Part shown: positions 59,376 to 64,000 of the stretch, one piece after another | Position numbering within the stretch: the stretch's first letter is position 1 | Layout of the letters: each line of letters starts with the position of its first letter | NCBI GenBank assembly: GCA_965261595.1 | Contig: CBDHDG010000007.1 | Coordinates: forward strand, 288,001-352,000 | DNA length: 64,000 bases | Direction of reading: 5' to 3' | Origin: a bacterium | Lineage (GTDB): Bacteria; UBA8248; JACPRG01; G963555815 | Translations under genes and position numbers: made by a program | The notes under the pieces: generated by a model | Database searches by the model: none | Told to the model about the DNA's origin: nothing | What the model saw: only the letters and a program-made list of their open reading frames with translations

Positions 59376-60470
59376 TCAATTGAGGAGCAATAAATCCAGG
59401 AAGGGCGGGAGGTTCTCGTGCAGCACTTCCCAGGTCTTTCCGTCCGGACCGGACCGGATGATCCGGCCCTTTTGAGACGGCGGGTCCACACTGGGCGAGA
59501 TCATCCCATCAACGTTGTAATACTTGAGCGGCAGCTCGTCTTTCGGATTCGCCGAGGGCCGGAGGTAGGGGCTGATGGAAAGGATAACGCCGCCCGGCGC
59601 CTCGGGGTCCGGCATGATCTTCGGCAGGTAGTTCACGGTGGGCAGGTGGACGCCCCGATGGGGGCACGTCCAGGTCTCCCCCCCGTCCTCGGTCCGAAGG
59701 AGGTCTCCCCCCGTTCCCGTCGGGACGTGCCAGTCGCCGGGCGCATAGGGATACGCAACGACGTGAAGGACCTCGGGCCGGACCGGATCGATGCACATCC
59801 GCCAGGTGTACATGGGGTGCATGTCCCGGTACCGATACTCCCAGGACTCCCCGCCGTCCCTCGTCCAGTAAACGCCAGGCCGATAGGAGGAGGCAAAACC
59901 GGTGCTGACGTACAGGGTGTCCGGATCATCGGGGTGCATGATGATAACGTGCGTATCGCGGTTCACGTCGTCCGTTATCGGTTTCCAGGATTCCCCTCCG
60001 TCCCGGCTTTTCATCACGCCCCCCATCTCCACTGTCGCGTACAGGATGTCCGGGTCCCCGGGGTGAAAGGCGAAGGAGACGAGCCGGGGATCATGGGGCG
60101 GCGGGGGAAAGTACCAGTACTTGGAGCCTTCGGTCTTCCGGAAAGTCTCCACGCGCTCCCAGCGCTCGCCGTCCGGCGCGCGGAAAACATCAGCCGGCCA
60201 TGTGCCCGCGTACACCGGATAAGGGGGATGAGGCGAGACGGCGACGCACATGAACCGCTCTCCGGGACGGGCCTCGAACTGTTTTTCCCATTGATTCCCG
60301 CCATCTCGGCTTTTGTAAATGCGCCCGCCCGCCGTCACGGCGTAAAGGGTTCCGGGCTCGGGCGAGGCCGCAAGCGTGGTGACCCTCTCGCCTTCGAGCG
60401 CGACGCGCTCACAGCGTGAGTCCTCAGCGGCCCAGATCCCGTCGGCTGTCCCGAGTAAAAAAGTTTTCAC
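59376..60470 (-). CDS. BNR/Asp-box beta-propeller protein
   Basis: SRDGGNQW, SRDGGESW, TRDGGESW, TEDGGETW repeats. Confidence 0.85.
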   Translation of the reverse strand: MKTFLLGTADGIWAAEDSRCERVALEGERVTTLAASPEPGTLYAVTAGGRIYKSRDGGNQWEKQFEARPGERFMCVAVSPHPPYPVYAGTWPADVFRAPDGERWERVETFRKTEGSKYWYFPPPPHDPRLVSFAFHPGDPDILYATVEMGGVMKSRDGGESWKPITDDVNRDTHVIIMHPDDPDTLYVSTGFASSYRPGVYWTRDGGESWEYRYRDMHPMYTWRMCIDPVRPEVLHVVAYPYAPGDWHVPTGTGGDLLRTEDGGETWTCPHRGVHLPTVNYLPKIMPDPEAPGGVILSISPYLRPSANPKDELPLKYYNVDGMISPSVDPPSQKGRIIRSGPDGKTWEVLHENLPPFLDLLLLN

Positions 60471-60654
60471 CGCCCCACCCTCCCCCCAATCCCCAGACCG
60501 CCGCCCGAACCGTCCGGTCCCCCAAAGAAAGCGGACCGGGAAGAGGAGCCGCCCCTTCGGCATCCCTCTCCTTCCCGCAAGCGAGGCGGGCTTCGCCATT
60601 TCCTCAAACCGATGCTCCTACACAACGCAAATTTCCATGCGCGCACCCGTCCGG

Positions 60655-61443
60655 TTAATGCTTCCCCACAAACTCCCGAACGCGCTGATAAAACGCTTCG
60701 GGTCTTTCCTTGTAAAAGAAATGTCCGCCCTGGAGGATCGCCAACTCCGCCTCGGGAATCGCCTCGGCCAGCTCTTTGGAAAAATAAGGCGGCGTGCAGA
60801 AATCCTCCTCCCCCACGATGACCAGCGTCGGCTTCCGGATACCTCCCAGGCGATCGAGTTGATCGTGGGCGATGATCATGTCGATACGCTTGATCATGAC
60901 ATCGACGTCGGCGGGAATGGCGGTGACCATCTCACACCATTGCCGGACGTCGTCGTCATGGTCGCGCACGTAGGTGGGAGCGAACAGAAACAGCGCGTTC
61001 GCCTGCTGGTACGCTTCGATGCCAGAATCCCGCAAGGTCTGCTTCCGGACTTCAAACTCCCGGCGAAAGAAGGCGTCCGTTCTGGCCCAGGAAGAGCACA
61101 CGACGATGGTCCTGACAACGTCCGGGTGGTCCAGAGCCATCACCGTCGCGATGGCGCCGCCGGTGGAGGAGCCGACGATGTGCGCCGGGCCGCAATCCAG
61201 CGACCGAAGCATGTCCGCCATGTCCGAGGCGTGCTGCTCGATGGTGTACCCGTCCTCGGCAAACGTGGACTGCCCGGCCCCCCGGTGGTCCGGAACGATG
61301 GTGAAAAACGCTTTTGAGAATATCGGAACTTGCGGGCCCCAGCCTTTTCCCGCGCCGCCCAACCCCGTGAGGAGCATGAGGGGGTCGCCTTCACCCTGGG
61401 TCTCGTAATAGATCTCGATACCGTTCACCGCCGCCTTGGGCAT
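60655..61443 (-). CDS. Alpha/beta hydrolase (RutD-like)
   Basis: DHRGAGQS, GSSTGG nucleophile, GEED, GGH. Confidence 0.88.
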   Translation of the reverse strand: MPKAAVNGIEIYYETQGEGDPLMLLTGLGGAGKGWGPQVPIFSKAFFTIVPDHRGAGQSTFAEDGYTIEQHASDMADMLRSLDCGPAHIVGSSTGGAIATVMALDHPDVVRTIVVCSSWARTDAFFRREFEVRKQTLRDSGIEAYQQANALFLFAPTYVRDHDDDVRQWCEMVTAIPADVDVMIKRIDMIIAHDQLDRLGGIRKPTLVIVGEEDFCTPPYFSKELAEAIPEAELAILQGGHFFYKERPEAFYQRVREFVGKH

Positions 61444-61710
61444 CTTCTTCCTCCCTTGTTCGTCTTTTCATCCAGATGACTTCCGGCGCTTCTCGGCCGG
61501 CGTCTTCAAACTTCTCTATTCCGTCGATCGAAGTCAAGGAATCCCATTCCGGGCGCCATACCGTTTGACTCGGGAATCCGGGCTGTGATAGAGATTCTCA
61601 TAAGTTCCACACACGGTAGTTCAGTCGATGCCCGGAGGGATTCCGCCTGGAGGCGGGGTCCGCGCCGGTTCCGAATTCGGCGCGGAGATCGCCCGAACAG
61701 GAGGCCCTGA

Positions 61711-63072
61711 ATGAACAAAGAGCAGGCGGCAAGACGGCTCAAGCAAGACAAGGTGGAGTTCATCCTCGCCCAGTTCGTCGATCTCTACGGATCCGCCAAG
61801 GTCAAGCTCGTGCCGGCCGGCCATTTCGATGACCTCTGCGAGGGCGGGGCGGGATTCGCAGGGGCGGCGGTCCTGGGGTTGGGACAGGGACCCCACAGTC
61901 ACGACATGATGGCCAAGCCCGACCTCTCCTCCTATACGTTGATCCCTTGGAAGGAGGGCCTCGCCCGGTTCGCCTGCGACATCTTCGTGGACGAAGAACC
62001 CCATCCCTTTTGCAGCCGGACCCGACTGCGGGATGTCCTCCATGATTTGCGGAAGGACGGTTATGTCCTCAACGTAGGCATGGAGCCGGAGCACTTCCTG
62101 GTCCGGCGCGGCGCCGACGGGGGGATCGCCATCGATGATCCCGACAGCGTGGACACCCTGGCGAAACCCTGCTACGACTTCAAGGCGATGTCCGGCCAGC
62201 TCGATTACCTCCGGACGCTGACCCGCTACATGAACGGGCTGGGCTGGGACGTCTACCAGATAGACCACGAGGACGCCAACGGGCAATACGAAATCAACTT
62301 CGCCTACGCCGACGCCCTGATCACCGCCGACCGGTACATCCTGTTCAAGATGATGACCAGCCAAGTTGCCAAGGCCCACGGCTGCATCGCCACCCACATG
62401 GCCAAGCCCTTCGACGACCGGACGGGAAGCGGCGCGCACTTCCACTTCTCCATCGCCAACGCCAAGACGGGAAGAAACCTCTTCATCGACAAGAAGGACC
62501 CGAAGGGCCTGGGCAAGTCGCAGCTCGCCTACCACTTCCTGGGCGGACTCATTCACCACGCGCGCGCCCTCGCGGCGGTGACCTCCCCGACGGTGAACTG
62601 CTACAAGCGGCTCCAGGCGGGGGCGGCCCTGTACGGCAGCCGCTCGGGCTTCACCTGGACCCCGGCATTCATCACGTACGGCGACAACAACCGCACGCAG
62701 ATGTTCCGCACGCCGGACGCCGACCGGTTCGAGGACCGATCCGTCTCGGCGGCCTGCAACCCGTACCTGTCCATGGCCGCGTACGTGAAGGCCGGGATGG
62801 ACGGCGTTCGCAAAAAGCTCGACCCCGGCGAGCCCAACATCGGCCGGAACATGTATGAGATGAGCGCCGCCCAACTTAAAAAGCGGGGCGTGAAGGTCCT
62901 GCCCCAGAATCTCGGCGAGGCGCTGGACGCCCTGGAGCGGGACCCCGTCGTCCAGTCCGCCCTGGGCGAGCCCCTCTACCGCGAATTCCTCTCCGTAAAA
63001 CGGGAAGAGTGGGCCCAATACAGCCGGACCGTTTCCCAATGGGAGGTGGATCGCTTCCTGACCGCGCTCTGA
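61711..63072 (+). CDS. glnT: GlnT-type glutamate-amine ligase (likely gamma-glutamylmethylamide synthetase GmaS)
   Basis: AKVKLVP, GAGFAG, KPCYD, DHEDANGQYEINF, YGDNNRT; followed by GlxB/MgsA-like gene. Confidence 0.85.
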   Translation: MNKEQAARRLKQDKVEFILAQFVDLYGSAKVKLVPAGHFDDLCEGGAGFAGAAVLGLGQGPHSHDMMAKPDLSSYTLIPWKEGLARFACDIFVDEEPHPFCSRTRLRDVLHDLRKDGYVLNVGMEPEHFLVRRGADGGIAIDDPDSVDTLAKPCYDFKAMSGQLDYLRTLTRYMNGLGWDVYQIDHEDANGQYEINFAYADALITADRYILFKMMTSQVAKAHGCIATHMAKPFDDRTGSGAHFHFSIANAKTGRNLFIDKKDPKGLGKSQLAYHFLGGLIHHARALAAVTSPTVNCYKRLQAGAALYGSRSGFTWTPAFITYGDNNRTQMFRTPDADRFEDRSVSAACNPYLSMAAYVKAGMDGVRKKLDPGEPNIGRNMYEMSAAQLKKRGVKVLPQNLGEALDALERDPVVQSALGEPLYREFLSVKREEWAQYSRTVSQWEVDRFLTAL

Positions 63073-63204
63073 GTCCTCCGGACTGCGCGACCCGAGATTT
63101 CCGCCTGACGGGTCCATCCATGGATTGAAGACCGGGCGGTTACGTGATAAATAGTCTCATGAGCGCAAGATAAAACCCGCCGAACGGAAGGCAACCAGCG
63201 GGAC

Positions 63205-64000
63205 ATGTGCGGCATCGCCGGAATCCTCTACAACGAAAGTGCGCCGGACCGCGGCCGATCCGTCGGCCGGGACATGGTCCGGATGCTGACGTCCATGCGC
63301 CACCGGGGGGCCGATTCGACGGGCGTCACGGTCCTGGGGGAAAGCTTCCCGGGGGATCTCATTCTCCGTCTGCACGCCCCCGGGGCGGGGACGAACGGCG
63401 GCGATGAAAGCAATGGCCATGGGGGCGAATGGGCGGAGGCGGCCCTTGGGGCCGTCGAAGGCTCCGGGGCAAAAATCCTGGACCGGGACGGCGACCGGGG
63501 ATTCATGCGGCTGACGGTCGATTATGGCGGCGAGATCAGGGAGCTGGCCGACGCCCTTTACGAAGTTCCCGGGGTGCGGATCCACAGCATCGGGCGCTGC
63601 TCGGAAGTGATCAAGGACGTGGGCGACGCCGCCGCGCTGGAATCACGCCACCAGGTCGGCGCCCTGACCGGCACGCACGGGATCGGCCACGTCCGCATGG
63701 CCACCGAGAGCCGGGTCGACATCACCCATTCCCATCCCTTTTGGGCCTTTCCCTTCTGCGACATTACGGTGGTCCACAACGGCCAGCTCACCAACTACCA
63801 CAAGATGAAGCGCCTGTACGAACAGGACGGCTACCGGTTTCAGACACACAACGACTCCGAGCTCATCGCCGTCTACCTCGCCCACCACCTGGAGCGGGAC
63901 GCCGATCTGAAGCGCACACTGCACCGGGCCCTGGAAGACCTTGACGGAACGTTCACCTTCCTGGTCTCGACCCCGACGGGGCTCGGGTGCGCCAAGGACA
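63205..64000 (+). CDS. Class II glutamine amidotransferase (GlxB/MgsA-like), 3'-truncated by window edge
   Basis: MCGIAG N-terminal Cys, HRGADSTG, GHVRMATES, HPF, HNGQLTN, NDSE; absent from ORF track because it has no stop in the window. Confidence 0.88.
   Translation, partial: MCGIAGILYNESAPDRGRSVGRDMVRMLTSMRHRGADSTGVTVLGESFPGDLILRLHAPGAGTNGGDESNGHGGEWAEAALGAVEGSGAKILDRDGDRGFMRLTVDYGGEIRELADALYEVPGVRIHSIGRCSEVIKDVGDAAALESRHQVGALTGTHGIGHVRMATESRVDITHSHPFWAFPFCDITVVHNGQLTNYHKMKRLYEQDGYRFQTHNDSELIAVYLAHHLERDADLKRTLHRALEDLDGTFTFLVSTPTGLGCAKD

Noticed and set aside
60553..60563. CCCCTTCGGCA matching the tRNA-Leu 3' end as a possible attR
   Set aside because: Only 11 bp, lacks the CCA end, and would enclose proA; likely chance or part of a local hairpin.

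Overview
A 64-kb GC-rich chromosomal segment from a diderm bacterium; the lineage cannot be determined from sequence alone. Core and metabolic genes include pckA (partial), hpnH-hpnA (hopanoids), a senB-like glycosyltransferase divergent from an Opu/EgtU-type ABC importer, gap-pgk-tpiA-secG, an Opp-like transporter, tRNA-Leu(GAG), proA, and a GlnT/GmaS-like ligase followed by a partial MgsA/GlxB-like amidotransferase. The main accessory feature is an integrase-less integron cassette array (CALIN, ~3363-8509, minus strand). It has several recognisable attC sites and half-sites, three intact toxin-antitoxin pairs, a fourth TA cassette captured twice with the toxin lost both times, a HEPN-like ORF, a frameshifted PD-(D/E)XK-like nuclease, attI-like motifs, and a ~67-bp palindromic element found twice, both times at attC positions. 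Other accessory DNA: an intact IS1380-family element with a TTTAA target duplication, an internally deleted IS1380 relative, an IS3-family element, REP/REPIN-like palindromes, and a decayed island next to tRNA-Leu (integrase remnant, amber-interrupted substrate-binding protein gene, UbiD deletion relic). There is also a PsrA-like TetR locus with stacked operators upstream of two paralogous unknown secreted proteins. Product calls rest on motif recognition by eye; no database searches were run.
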